DNA of 64,000 nucleotides from Vulcanimicrobiota bacterium (GTDB lineage: Bacteria; Vulcanimicrobiota; Vulcanimicrobiia; Eremiobacterales; Eremiobacteraceae), in assembly GCA_963805945.1 (NCBI GenBank), contig CAWDVP010000002.1, forward strand, positions 1-64,000. Direction: 5' to 3'. Under the pieces are notes generated by a model, which saw only the letters and a list, made by a program, of their open reading frames with translations, was not told the DNA's origin and did no database searches. Of the stretch, positions 12,480 through 22,116 are shown piece after piece. Made by a program: the position numbers and the translations under genes. How positions within the stretch are numbered: the stretch's first letter is position 1; the number at the start of each line of letters is the position of its first letter.

Positions 12480-12510
12480 CGAAACTTTTCCGCCAGGTGG
12501 CGGGTAGAAT
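12480..12510 (+). promoter_or_regulatory. putative ECF (SigW-like) autoregulatory promoter
   Basis: cGAAACTTTT..GGTAGAAT just upstream of the ECF sigma RBS (GGAGG 12521-12525); resembles TGAAAC-N16/17-CGTA. Confidence 0.4.
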
Positions 12511-12532
12511 CAACACATCGGGAGGGTCGACC

Positions 12533-13154
12533 ATCGACGCTGGGGTGCCGGATGAGACGCTGGTCGCGCTTGTCCTCCAGGGAGATTCGAACGCTTTTGC
12601 GCCGCTCGTCGAGCGGCACAAGCGGGGGCTCGTCAACTTCCTGTACGGCACGGTGCGCTCGGCGCGAAGACGCCAACGATCTGGCACAGGACACCTTCAT
12701 CCGCGCGTACGCGCACCTCGGGACCTTCAACCCGCAACTGGCGAAGTTCTCGACCTGGCTCTACCAAATCGCGCGCAACGCCGCGCGGACGCATCTCGGC
12801 AAGGAACGGCGGCGCCCACCGCACGAGGAACTCTACGAAGATGAGACACTGGAGCAACGGCTCCCCGACACACGACGCGAGGCGTCACCCGACGCGATGA
12901 TCCTCGCGGCAGAGGACCAGGAGACCGTGCGGGCCGCGTTGCGCGGCGTGCCGGAGAAGATGCGCACCGCGCTGTCCTTACGCTACTACCGGCACATGGA
13001 GTATCAAGAGATCGCGACCACGATGGACGTATCCCTCGGCAACGTCAAGACGCTCATCCACCGCGGCAAAGCCGCGCTCGCGCGCGCGCTGCGCAGCGAG
13101 CGGCGAGCTGCGGTCGTCGGCGCGATCGGCACAGAGGAGGTAGGCGGGACGTGA
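12533..13154 (+). CDS. ECF RNA polymerase sigma-70 factor (one apparent indel near 12660; start ATC 12533 or GTG 12545)
   Basis: DETLVALVLQGDSNAFAPLVERH; DANDLAQDTFIRAY, FSTWLYQIARN; region 4 EYQEIATTMDVSLGNVKTLIHRGK. Confidence 0.9.
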
Positions 13155-13684
13155 ATTGCTCTGCCTGTGAAGCACGCCTCGCGGCGTATCTCGACGGCGA
13201 AGCGTCGCCTTCGGAAGCCCATGCGCTCGAGCAGCATCTCTCGGGCTGCACCGCATGCCGGACGCTCGCGGACGATATTCGTGCGCTTGAAGCGCGGCTT
13301 GCCGCCCTGCCTCAGATCGCGCCCCGCGCGGATCTGACCGTCGCCGTCATGACGGCGATCGCCATGCTGCCGGCGCCGAAGCCGGCACGCCTACAGCTGC
13401 GCTTTGTCGTCGGCTATCTCGCCGCCGCGTGGGCGCTGCTCGTCGCGCTCACCGCGACGCACGTGCTCGATTGGCAGCGCTTGGCCGCCGGCGTCGCGGT
13501 CCAGTTCGGCAAACTCGGCGCGGCTGGCGCCGCGCTCGGCGATGTCGCATCTCACCTTCACGTGCCTGCATTGGCGGCAGGCGCCCTGGGCGTCGAGCTG
13601 GTCGTGCTCTTGGTCGGCGCGTTGGCGCTGCGCCGTTTCCTTCCTCAACTCTCGGGGTGGCTAGCAGGAGCTCACGCGATATGA
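13151..13684 (+). CDS. zinc-binding (zf-HC2/ZAS) transmembrane anti-sigma factor
   Basis: MNCSAC..YLDGE..EQHLSGCTAC (HxxxCxxC) plus C-terminal TM helices; GTGA overlap with the sigma gene. Confidence 0.88.
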   Translation: MNCSACEARLAAYLDGEASPSEAHALEQHLSGCTACRTLADDIRALEARLAALPQIAPRADLTVAVMTAIAMLPAPKPARLQLRFVVGYLAAAWALLVALTATHVLDWQRLAAGVAVQFGKLGAAGAALGDVASHLHVPALAAGALGVELVVLLVGALALRRFLPQLSGWLAGAHAI

Positions 13685-14727
13685 ATCATCCCATGACACC
13701 ACCGCTGGGTTGGCGGCTCTGGCGCGGCGCGGCGGTCCTCGCGTTCGCCGCGCTCACGCTGTTCGGCGGCGTCGCGGCACGTGCCGACGAGATGAAGACG
13801 CGCGGCGACATCGTGCAGTTCGGCAGCGACGTCGAGGTGCCGGCCGATGTCGCGGTCCACGGCGACGTCGTCGTGTTCGGCGGCGACTGCAAGATCCACG
13901 GCCAGGTCTCGGGCAACGCGGTCGTGTTCGGCGGCGATCTGCACATCTATCCGGAGGGCGAGGTCCACGGCAGCACGGTCTCATTCGGCGGCAATATCGT
14001 CAACGAATCGAGCGCCACGCCTCCCAAGACGCACGTCAACCCCGTGCCGTCCATGGCCCCGATGCCGGTCATCCCCGAGACGCCCATGGTGCCGGAGATG
14101 CCGCAGGCGACGCCGGAAGCTCCGGTCGTGCATCAGAACCATTTCGGCGTCGTCTGGGCCTCGATCGTCGTGCCCGACCTGCTGCTGACGCTGCTCGCGT
14201 TCTTCTTGTTCCCGCTGCGGGTGCGCAACGTCGAGGAGCATCTCGCGGCGCAACCCTTGCTGGCTGTCGCGCTCGGGTTCGTCGCGCCCATCCTGCTCGC
14301 GGTGGTGCTCATCGTGCTCGCGGTCCTGGTGGTGACCATCCCGTTGATCCCGGTCGCGCTCATCGCCTACTTCTTGGCGTACCTGATCGGCAAGGCGGCC
14401 ATCGCCGGATTCCTCGGCCGGCGTCTGCTCGAGGCGGCCAAGGTCGCCGATCCGCAGCCGCTCGCGCAGATCGTCGTCGGGCTGTTCGTGCTGCTCATCG
14501 TGACCGGGCCGACGCCCGCGTGGTTCGCGATCATGATGTTCTCGGTCGTCGGCGCGCTCGCGACCGGCGCCGCCATCGTCTCGTTCGGGCGGAGCCGGCC
14601 GGGCTCGGTCGTCGGCTGGACCGCGCAGGGCGCGGTGCAGGCCGCGCCGCCTTCCTACACGCCGCCGCGCCGGCCGGCGGCATCGAGGCCCGCCCGGCGA
14701 TCCCTCAATAGGGATCCCGGAAGCTAG
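13681..14727 (+). CDS. membrane protein with N-terminal bactofilin-like beta-helix repeats
   Basis: Signal peptide (..ARA-D), GDIVQFG/GDVVVFGG/GNAVVFGG/GSTVSFGG repeats, Pro-Met-rich linker, 4-5 TM helices; ATGA overlap with anti-sigma. Confidence 0.75.
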   Translation: MNHPMTPPLGWRLWRGAAVLAFAALTLFGGVAARADEMKTRGDIVQFGSDVEVPADVAVHGDVVVFGGDCKIHGQVSGNAVVFGGDLHIYPEGEVHGSTVSFGGNIVNESSATPPKTHVNPVPSMAPMPVIPETPMVPEMPQATPEAPVVHQNHFGVVWASIVVPDLLLTLLAFFLFPLRVRNVEEHLAAQPLLAVALGFVAPILLAVVLIVLAVLVVTIPLIPVALIAYFLAYLIGKAAIAGFLGRRLLEAAKVADPQPLAQIVVGLFVLLIVTGPTPAWFAIMMFSVVGALATGAAIVSFGRSRPGSVVGWTAQGAVQAAPPSYTPPRRPAASRPARRSLNRDPGS

Positions 14728-14731
14728 AGAT

Positions 14732-14757
14732 GTAGGGGCCGATCTTCAGATCGGCCC
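14732..14757 (+). repeat. REP-like palindrome, family A (GTAG-GGGCCGATCT-TC-AGATCGGCCC)
   Basis: Perfect 10-bp stem; supplies the last codons and stop of vapD. Confidence 0.8.
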
Positions 14758-15129
14758 TTCTTCTACCTCGTCCGCTTGTATCGCGGGGATCAGGTCGTTG
14801 TTCTCTTCGATCCGCAGCATGCGGATGTCGCGCACGCATGTCGTGAACCAAGGAAACCGCTGCGTCAGCTCTTGCATCGCGAGGACGCACGTCACCGGGG
14901 TGACCGTGTCATTGCCGAAATAGACAGACCCTTGGCGCCATTCGAATCCGGACTCTTCCAGGGCGCGCCTGATCTCTGTATAGGCGTTGTTCCAAGAGTC
15001 GCCGGGGTAGCTTTGCTGCAGCAACTCCGTGTCGAGATCGAAGGCGACGGCATACATGCGACGCATTCCTGTGGGGGGCAGCGGAAGGTCGGGCTGAGGT
15101 AGCCTCCTGAGGCTCTTCGTCTGCATCAT
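14746..15129 (-). CDS. vapD: VapD family (Cas2-like) endoribonuclease; start may be 15129, 15066 or 15057
   Basis: MYAVAFDLDT..AYTEIRRAL...GFEWRQGSVYFG..FPWF..CVRDIRMLRIEENNDL is the VapD signature. Confidence 0.88.
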   Translation of the reverse strand: MMQTKSLRRLPQPDLPLPPTGMRRMYAVAFDLDTELLQQSYPGDSWNNAYTEIRRALEESGFEWRQGSVYFGNDTVTPVTCVLAMQELTQRFPWFTTCVRDIRMLRIEENNDLIPAIQADEVEEGPI

Positions 15130-15175
15130 GAGCCCACACGATTCTATCACGCCGCGACTTCGCCCCGTCTACCCG

Positions 15176-15200
15176 GCGGTCGAATGAATTCGACCGCTCC
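15176..15200 (-). repeat. REP-like palindrome, family B (GGA-GCGGTCGAAT-TC-ATTCGACCGC)
   Basis: 10-bp perfect stem; related copies at 21969-22018 and 28779-28802. Confidence 0.75.
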
Positions 15201-15206
15201 ATGCGT

Positions 15207-16720
15207 CTAGAGGCTGGCCAGCAGCTGTCCGTACAAGAACTCGAAACGGCTTTCGTCGAGCGCCGCGGTGTTGTTCCACGTCGCCGACACGCAGTGCGTC
15301 TTGCCGTCTTTGCCCACGAGCCACGTCGTCATATTGATCACGCCCGGCTCCGAGCCGCCTTTGTACGAGACGCTCTTCCACGCCGTCGGATCGGCGACGC
15401 CGGGGTTGATCGACGTCAGCGGCAACGAGGCGACTCCGCTCATGAGCGTGCACAGCTCGCGCGTGGTGAAGAACCACTCGATGTCGAGCGCGACCGGCGT
15501 CTGCGCCTTGGGGCCGAAGATAGCGACCGAAGGAAGCGGCCGCGCGTCGGCCTTGCCGAGCACGCTGCGGCGCGCGAGCTTGTCGTCGCTGCGCCACGCC
15601 GCTAGAAGGTCGGCGTTCGCGGGATCCTTCAGCACGAAGGCCTCGCGCGTGGTGAGGAACGGCTGATTGCGCGGCGACTCTGCCTGGACGGCGCTGCGAC
15701 CCATCTGCCAGAATACGAGGTCCGCCGCCGTGTTGTCGCTCTTGGAGATCATCGCGGTGGCCGCCGCGAGCAGCGTGACCTTGCTGTTATTGGGCAGGTT
15801 CTGGAACGTCCCCGAAGGCAGGCTCTTGTACCGCGCGAGGACGACCACGCTTCTCGCTCCACGAATGGCGCTGCGCGTCGACCTGTTTCTTGGTCGCGGA
15901 GAGCACCGCGAGCTTGAACGCAGACCCCACGGCTAGCGGCGTGCCCGCTTGACGGACACGCGTTCTTGCGTCCCGGCGGGCACCGTCGAACCGGAGTCGA
16001 CGGATACATGTTCGGGCGACCCGTCGGCCACCAGCACGCTGACCTTGCCCGGCAGCTCTTCAACTCATCGACCACTGCGCCGAGGTCGGCCCGTTTCAGG
16101 AGCGCCGGCCGGAAGAACAGCCCTTGGATGCGTCCATCGGCATCGAGCGTGATGGCGATCGGTACCGAGCCCTTGTCGAAGTCGGCGAAGAAATCGGAGC
16201 CTTGGACGCGCACGCCATGGAACGACCCAAGGTCGCTCTTCGTCTTATCGACGATGGCCTGCACCTGCGCGGCGGGCACCTGGGCGAGAAAGGCCGGCTC
16301 GAACCAGTTCGGGTCGATCTTGGCGGAGGTGAAGAGCCGCGCGATCGCCGCCTTTGAGGCGTCTTCGTTGATCGGCGCTCCATTGGCGGTCACAGGCGCC
16401 TTGAAGAGCAGCCCGGCGATCCTGCCGACGCCGTCGAGCGTGATGGTGGTCGGCACGGAGCCTTTGTCGAAATCGACGAGGAAGTTGTCGCCGTCCGTCC
16501 GGACGCCCTTGTACGCCCCGAGCTGCGATTTCAACTGGGCGACGATCGTCTGCACCTGCGTCGCCGGCACTTGGGCGAGGAAGGATGGCGCGAACCAGTC
16601 CGCGTTGATGGTGCTCGAGGTGAAGAGGCGCTCGACCGCGGCTTGCGGCGTCACCTGATCGGCGGACGCGGGGACGAGGAACAAAGCGACGACCAACAGA
16701 GCAAGTGACAAAGTCTTCAT
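15207..16720 (-). CDS. secreted class A beta-lactamase-like serine hydrolase (Cpe/LpqF-like) with duplicated N-terminal domain (indels around 15850-16070)
   Basis: Signal peptide; two ~80-aa repeats (RLFTS..WF.P.FLAQVPA.QVQ..DFDKGSVP..ITLD..GRI.GL); VGSAFK (SxxK, off-track frame near 15920), SDN and YKGGSEPG motifs. Confidence 0.8.
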
Positions 16721-16732
16721 GCCGTCTCCAAT

Positions 16733-16757
16733 GGGTCGACTGAAGGGCGACCCCTAT
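16733..16757 (-). repeat. degenerate REP-like palindrome, family A (ATAG-GGGTCGCCCTTCAGTCGACCC)
   Basis: Imperfect stem of similar length with a similar foot, intergenic. Confidence 0.5.
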
Positions 16758-16789
16758 TGCGAGGCGACGCAGGCCCTCTATATGCCGCG

Positions 16790-18856
16790 TTATTGTTGGA
16801 TCCCGATGTCCTTGTAGAACGCGTCGTTGTTGACTTCCCGCCCGAGGAAGTTGAGCAGCAGCTGGTCAGGTTCGATGCTGCCGCCCGGCTCGAGGATGTA
16901 CTTGCGATAGCGCGCGCCGACCGCGGGATTCTCGAGGCCGCCCTGCTCGAAGACGGTGAACATGTCCTGTGCGAACACCTTCGACCAGAGATAGCCGTAG
17001 TAGCCGGCGTCGTAACCCCCCATCAAGTGCCCGAAGGCCGCTTCCGGATACGTGCCCGGTATCGCCGGCGTCGCGGTGAGCTTCTTTTTGAGGTCGAACC
17101 AGACGCCGGTCGCGTCGATCGGCGGCTTGGCGCTGTGGATGGTCATGTCGTAGCTGCCGTAGAACACCTGGCCGGTCCACACCGCGCCGTCGGCGACGTG
17201 CTTGAGCGCAATCATCTTCGCGATCAAGTCGTCGGGCAGCGGCGCGCCGGTCTTCACGTTGCTGGATATCTCTTTGAGGATCGAGGGCTGCCACATCCAA
17301 TTCTCGAGCATCTGTGACGGCGCTTCCACAAAATCGGTGCGCACGGCGGTGCCGTAATACGTCTCATACGGCGCGGTCGAGAGCGTGCTGTGCATGAGAT
17401 GTCCGAACTCGTGGAAGAACGTCGTCACCTCGCCATGGCTCAGCAGCGCCGGCTGGCCGGGCGCGCCGACCGGCCAGTTGCCGATGATCGACGAGATCGG
17501 CTTCTGCACGCTGCCATCGGGCAACACGCGTCCGGGCCGCAGGCCGAAGTTGGCGAAGTGGTCGTACTTGCCGTCTCTGGGATACAGGTCGAGGAAGAAC
17601 CAGCCGATCGGTTTGCCCGTCGCGGTGTCGCTGATCGAGTATTCGAGGACGCCGGGCGCCCAGGCTGCGGCGACAGGCAGCGGATGGAACGTCACCGACA
17701 GCAGCTTCTGGTAGATCCCGAGCACCGCCGGGACGACTTTGTTGACCGGGAAGTACTGCCGCACTTCCTGGTCGTCCACCGCGTACTTCGTCTTGATGAG
17801 CAGATTCTCGTAGTAGGCATAGTCCCATGGCCCCCACGCGCTGGCGTCGCCTGACTGCTTCTTGAGCGCTTCGAGGACCGCGAGCTCCGCTCTGGCCTTG
17901 GGCAGTAGCTTCGTGTCGATCTCGTCGAGGAAGGTGATGACGCGCTGTGGGGTCTTCGCCATCTTCGCATCGAGCTGATAGGCCGCCCACGTGCTGAAGC
18001 CGAGCAGGTGCGCGAGCTGATCGCGCAGCGCGACCGCGTCTTCGAGACGTTTGACGTTGGCCTGCCCACCGCGTACCTGATAGGTCACCAGGTAGCGCTT
18101 GCGCGCCGCGCCCGACTTCTCGTTCTCCATGAACGGTCCGTAGGTGCTCTCGTTCACCGGCACGGTGTAACCGTCGCCGCTTTTCGTGAGCGTCTTCACG
18201 AACGGGTCGGGCAGCGAGGCGGCTTCTGCCGCGCTGATGGCGATCGAGCTCTTGTCTTCGCCGAGGGCGCGGCCGTAGTCGAGCTGCAGCGTGTTGAGCT
18301 GGTTGAAGAGCTTCTGCGCCGTGGCGCGGCCGGCGTCGTTGAGGCCCGCGCCTGCGCGCCGGCCGGACTCGACGTAGAGCTCGGCGAGCTTCTTGTCCTG
18401 CGGGTTGGTCGCCGTCGCGACGCCGCGTTGCGCCATCGCATATATCGCCGGATCCGCGCCTAGCCCGACGCCGAACTGCGATTCCTTATCGTTGCATGCG
18501 GTGGACGCATCGCGGACGTCCTTGCTCAGCGCGATCTGGCTGAGCACGCTCTGCGCGACGAGCGCGTCGTTCATCGCCGCGACCGCGTTCTCCACCGCTT
18601 TGACGCCGGTGTCGAACGTCGTCTGGGCCGGCGGTGTCGCCTCGATCTTCTTGATGGCGTCTTTGGCGGTGGCGATGGCCGCGTCGCACGTCGAAGTGAC
18701 TTGCGCCGCCGTCAGGTTCCAGTTGATGCCGGTGTCGGCCGGCAGGGCGCCGGCGGAGGTGTCGGTCGCCGACGCCGCCAGTGCGGTCGCGGGCGCGACG
18801 CTTGCGAGCAGCACGCACGCGAGCGCAGCCGCGGTCAAGCGATCATAGATCTTCAC
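16790..18856 (-). CDS. secreted M3 family metallopeptidase (thimet oligopeptidase-like)
   Basis: Signal peptide; FFLDLYPRDGKY, TFFHEFGHLMH (HEXXH), DFVEAPSQMLENW, GYDAGYYGYLWS. Confidence 0.93.
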   Translation of the reverse strand: MKIYDRLTAAALACVLLASVAPATALAASATDTSAGALPADTGINWNLTAAQVTSTCDAAIATAKDAIKKIEATPPAQTTFDTGVKAVENAVAAMNDALVAQSVLSQIALSKDVRDASTACNDKESQFGVGLGADPAIYAMAQRGVATATNPQDKKLAELYVESGRRAGAGLNDAGRATAQKLFNQLNTLQLDYGRALGEDKSSIAISAAEAASLPDPFVKTLTKSGDGYTVPVNESTYGPFMENEKSGAARKRYLVTYQVRGGQANVKRLEDAVALRDQLAHLLGFSTWAAYQLDAKMAKTPQRVITFLDEIDTKLLPKARAELAVLEALKKQSGDASAWGPWDYAYYENLLIKTKYAVDDQEVRQYFPVNKVVPAVLGIYQKLLSVTFHPLPVAAAWAPGVLEYSISDTATGKPIGWFFLDLYPRDGKYDHFANFGLRPGRVLPDGSVQKPISSIIGNWPVGAPGQPALLSHGEVTTFFHEFGHLMHSTLSTAPYETYYGTAVRTDFVEAPSQMLENWMWQPSILKEISSNVKTGAPLPDDLIAKMIALKHVADGAVWTGQVFYGSYDMTIHSAKPPIDATGVWFDLKKKLTATPAIPGTYPEAAFGHLMGGYDAGYYGYLWSKVFAQDMFTVFEQGGLENPAVGARYRKYILEPGGSIEPDQLLLNFLGREVNNDAFYKDIGIQQ

Positions 18857-18896
18857 GGAAAGGAGTCCTTTCGAAGCGTACAGGGGCGCCGTGATA

Positions 18897-19670
18897 TCAG
18901 ATATAGAGATGTTCTGGGTCCAATACGTCGCGGAGCAGGTGGAGTTCCTCGGCCGTGGGCGCTGAAATCGGCTCGAGCTGCGCGCAGACGCGCAACGGCC
19001 AGCCGACCTTCGCCTTGACCTGCTCCGGGTCTATACCGGGGTAGACGGCCGCAAGTTCCAGTTCGCCGTCGGCCGGCGACGGGCGTAAGATGCCGACGTC
19101 GGTGACGATGCGCACCGGCCCGCCGCCCGGCAGACCGAGGCTGGCGCGACTGCCGTACTTGCCTGCTTGACCGGGTGACGTGTAGAAATCCACCTCGGCC
19201 GGGAACGAGCGCGGCGAGAGCGGGGCGACGACGATGACGCGCTGCGCGTGGATGGCGATCTCGCACGCGCCGCCGCTGCCGGGCAAGCGGACCTTCGGTG
19301 CGGCGTACGGACCGACGACGGTCGAGTTGATATTGCCATAACGGTCCACTTGCGCGCCGCCCAAGAAGCCGACTTGGATGCGCCCGCCCTGCAGGTAGTA
19401 TTGGAAGACGTCGGCCATGGACGCGATGCCGAGCGAGTCGGTGACGAGCGCGGGGTCGCCGATCGAGACGGGCAGGCGCTCTGGCACCGCGCCGACCGCG
19501 CCGGATTCGTAGATGAGCACCAGCTCGGGCGCATGCGTCGCGCGTGCCAGGTTGCACGCCAAGTTCGGCAGCCCGATGCCGACGAACACGACGTCGCCGT
19601 CCTTGAGCTCGCGCGCCGCGCGGACCGCCATCAGTTCTTTGTCGGTGTACGCGGCCGCCTCAGAAGCCAT
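18897..19670 (-). CDS. CoA-transferase subunit B (GctB/CatJ family)
   Basis: VFVGIGLP, LIYESG, GFLGGAQVDRYGNINST, RLPGSGGA. Confidence 0.9.
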   Translation of the reverse strand: MASEAAAYTDKELMAVRAARELKDGDVVFVGIGLPNLACNLARATHAPELVLIYESGAVGAVPERLPVSIGDPALVTDSLGIASMADVFQYYLQGGRIQVGFLGGAQVDRYGNINSTVVGPYAAPKVRLPGSGGACEIAIHAQRVIVVAPLSPRSFPAEVDFYTSPGQAGKYGSRASLGLPGGGPVRIVTDVGILRPSPADGELELAAVYPGIDPEQVKAKVGWPLRVCAQLEPISAPTAEELHLLRDVLDPEHLYI

Positions 19671-20613
19671 AGTTGACTCCCTCGCAGATGCGCGGCGTGG
19701 CGGTCAGCCGCTCGATCGTCGGCGTCCCCAGTTTGTCGAGATACTCGGCTCGGCTGGCGACGCCATAGACCCACTCGAGCAGCCACGCGTCCATCGACTT
19801 TGGATCTCGCGAGATCTCATCCCAGCGCACGTAGAAGTCGTTGTCGCGATCGTAGTAGCCCTGGGCGTACGATGGATGCGCGCCCCATGGCTCGCACACG
19901 ACCGCGTCGACGATGAATCCGGGGACGACCGTGCGGTTCGGGTCGGCGCGGATGACCGCTTCCGGCACGATCTCTTCGACCACGATGATCACGCGCTTGG
20001 CCGCGAACGCGGCTTCTTTCTGCACGCCGTAGAGACCCCAGATCTGCGTCGTGCCCGCCGCATCGGCGCGCTGCGCGTGCACGATCGCGACGTCGGGGTT
20101 GAGCGCGGGCACCGTCGCGATCTCTTCCGCCGTATACGGGCAGATGACGCTGCGGATGAGCGGATTGACCGCGGGCAGATCGCTGCCTTTGTAGTCGCGC
20201 AGCGGCCAGAACGGCAGCTTGGCGGCGCCGGCGCAGAACCGCGCCATGAGACCGAAGTGCGAATACTCCTCGAGCTGCAGCGGCTGCGGCTGGCCCTTCT
20301 CGACCGCGCGGCGAAGGCCGTGCAGCGAACCGACGCCGGGATTGCCCGCCCATGAGAAGATGAGCTTGTCGACGCAGCCCGCCGCGATGAGCTGGTCGTA
20401 GATCAGGTCGGGCGTGAGGCGGGCCAGCGTGAGATGGCGTCGCTGCTGCCGGATGATCTCATGCGCAGCCGCGAAACAGATGAGGTGCGTGAAGCCTTCG
20501 ATGACGACCACGTCGCCGTCGCGCACGAAGCGGCGGATCGCCTCGTGCATGCTCATGACCTTGTTCCCCGAGCGTCGCTCGGGCGCTGCACGTTCGGGCG
20601 TTGCGTCGCTCAA
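19660..20613 (-). CDS. CoA-transferase subunit A (GctA/CatI family)
   Basis: EGFTHLICFAAAHEIIRQ, FSWAGNPGVGSL, PDVAIVHAQRAD, GAHPSYAQGYYDRD; TTG start overlapping the upstream stop. Confidence 0.9.
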   Translation of the reverse strand: MSDATPERAAPERRSGNKVMSMHEAIRRFVRDGDVVVIEGFTHLICFAAAHEIIRQQRRHLTLARLTPDLIYDQLIAAGCVDKLIFSWAGNPGVGSLHGLRRAVEKGQPQPLQLEEYSHFGLMARFCAGAAKLPFWPLRDYKGSDLPAVNPLIRSVICPYTAEEIATVPALNPDVAIVHAQRADAAGTTQIWGLYGVQKEAAFAAKRVIIVVEEIVPEAVIRADPNRTVVPGFIVDAVVCEPWGAHPSYAQGYYDRDNDFYVRWDEISRDPKSMDAWLLEWVYGVASRAEYLDKLGTPTIERLTATPRICEGVNYGF

Positions 20614-21953
20614 GCCGGAACGCGCAGCTCCGACAACGCCTCGTCGAAGATGCGCAGGCCGGTGTTGACGTCTTCTTCGTCGATCACCAACGGCGGCGCG
20701 ATGCGGATTGCGCTTTGCCCGCAGCCCAAGAGCAGCAGGCCGCGCTTGAACGCGGCGAGCTCGAGCTGGTGCACGAAATGGTGCAGCGGCTCCTTCGTCT
20801 TCTTGTCGGCGACGAACTCGATGCCGAGCATCAGGCCGACGCCGCGCACGTCGCCGATGACCTCGTGCGCCGCCGCGATCTTGCGGAAGCCGGCGAGCAG
20901 CATGGCGCCCATGCGCACCGCGTTCTTGGCGAGGCCACCCTCGACGAGGTCGAGCGTGGCGAGCGCCGCCGCGCAGCACACCGGGTTGCCGCCGAACGTG
21001 CTGCCATGACTGCCGTGATCCCAAGTCATGACGGCCTCGCGCGCCACGATCGCGCCGATCGGCATGCCTGAGCCGAGGCCCTTGGCGATGCATGTCACGT
21101 CAGGAGCGACGTCGAGCAGCTCGGAGGCGAACATGCGCCCGGTGCGGCCGATGCCGGTCTGCACCTCATCATAGATGAGCACGGCGCCGTTGCGATCGCA
21201 GAAATCGCGCCAGAACTGCAGGAAGCGCCGCGGCGGGATGATGTAGCCGCCCTCGCCGAGGATCGGTTCGAGGATCACCGCGGCGATCTCGTCGGGGCCG
21301 ACGCGCTCGCGGAACAGGCGGTGCGCCGCCTGCTCCCAGCAGTCGCAGTCCGCGACGCATGCATCGGCGCCGCGGCCGTAGTGACAGCGATACGGGTCCG
21401 CGTACGGCAGATGGTAGACGCCCGGCAGCAGCGGGCCGAAGTGGCGGCGATATTTCACCTTGCTCGAGCCGAGCGAGATCGATCCCATCGTCCGTCCGTG
21501 GAACGAGCCCTCGAACGCGATGATGTTCTGACGGTTGGTGTGCGAGCGCGCGAGCTTGATCGCGCCCTCGACCGCTTCGGCGCCCGAGTTCGTGAGGAAG
21601 GTGCGCTTGGGTCCGGGTCCGGGCACGAGCGACGCCAGCCGTTCGCACAGATCGGAGAACTGCGGGTAGTAGAAGTCGGTCGAGCAGATGTGCAGGAACT
21701 TGTGCGCCGTCTCTTCGATCGCCGCGACCACTTTAGGATGCGCGTGGCCGGTCGCCGCGACGGCGATGCCCGCCATGAAATCGAGATAGCGGTTGCCATC
21801 TACGTCTTCGATCATCGCGCCCGCTCCGCGCTCCACCACGAGCGGATATTCCTTGATATAGGAGGGCGACGCGAAGCGCTTGTCCCTGTCGATGATCGCC
21901 TGGGCCTTGGGACCCGGCGGCGCGACGACCATCTTCGGATACTCTTTTGCCAT
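20610..21953 (-). CDS. class III PLP aminotransferase (4-aminobutyrate/5-aminovalerate, GabT-like)
   Basis: DVDGNRYLDFMAGIAV, NSGAEAVEGAIKLAR, FHGRT, EPILGEGGY, DEVQTGIGRTG, AKGLGSGMP. Confidence 0.88.
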   Translation of the reverse strand: MAKEYPKMVVAPPGPKAQAIIDRDKRFASPSYIKEYPLVVERGAGAMIEDVDGNRYLDFMAGIAVAATGHAHPKVVAAIEETAHKFLHICSTDFYYPQFSDLCERLASLVPGPGPKRTFLTNSGAEAVEGAIKLARSHTNRQNIIAFEGSFHGRTMGSISLGSSKVKYRRHFGPLLPGVYHLPYADPYRCHYGRGADACVADCDCWEQAAHRLFRERVGPDEIAAVILEPILGEGGYIIPPRRFLQFWRDFCDRNGAVLIYDEVQTGIGRTGRMFASELLDVAPDVTCIAKGLGSGMPIGAIVAREAVMTWDHGSHGSTFGGNPVCCAAALATLDLVEGGLAKNAVRMGAMLLAGFRKIAAAHEVIGDVRGVGLMLGIEFVADKKTKEPLHHFVHQLELAAFKRGLLLLGCGQSAIRIAPPLVIDEEDVNTGLRIFDEALSELRVPA

Positions 21954-21968
21954 GATACCCTAGCCTAT

Positions 21969-22018
21969 GGAGCGGTCGAGTTTACTCGACCGTTGGACCG
22001 GTCGAATCTATTCGACCG
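21969..22018 (+). repeat. tandem doublet of family B REP-like palindromes
   Basis: GGAG-CGGTCGAGT-TT-ACTCGACCG (21969-21992) and CGGTCGAAT-CT-ATTCGACCG (21999-22018). Confidence 0.8.
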
Positions 22019-22116
22019 AAAACGACCTCGTCGCAGAGAACGAAGCCCGCATGTAGCGTGATTCCATGCTTCGTTTCTTCGCTTCGATGCCCCTGGTACC
22101 GAATATTATTCGGTTA

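Noticed and set aside
14746..15129. vapD as cas2 of a CRISPR-Cas system
   Set aside because: No cas1, other cas genes or repeat-spacer array in the window; the motifs are VapD-type.
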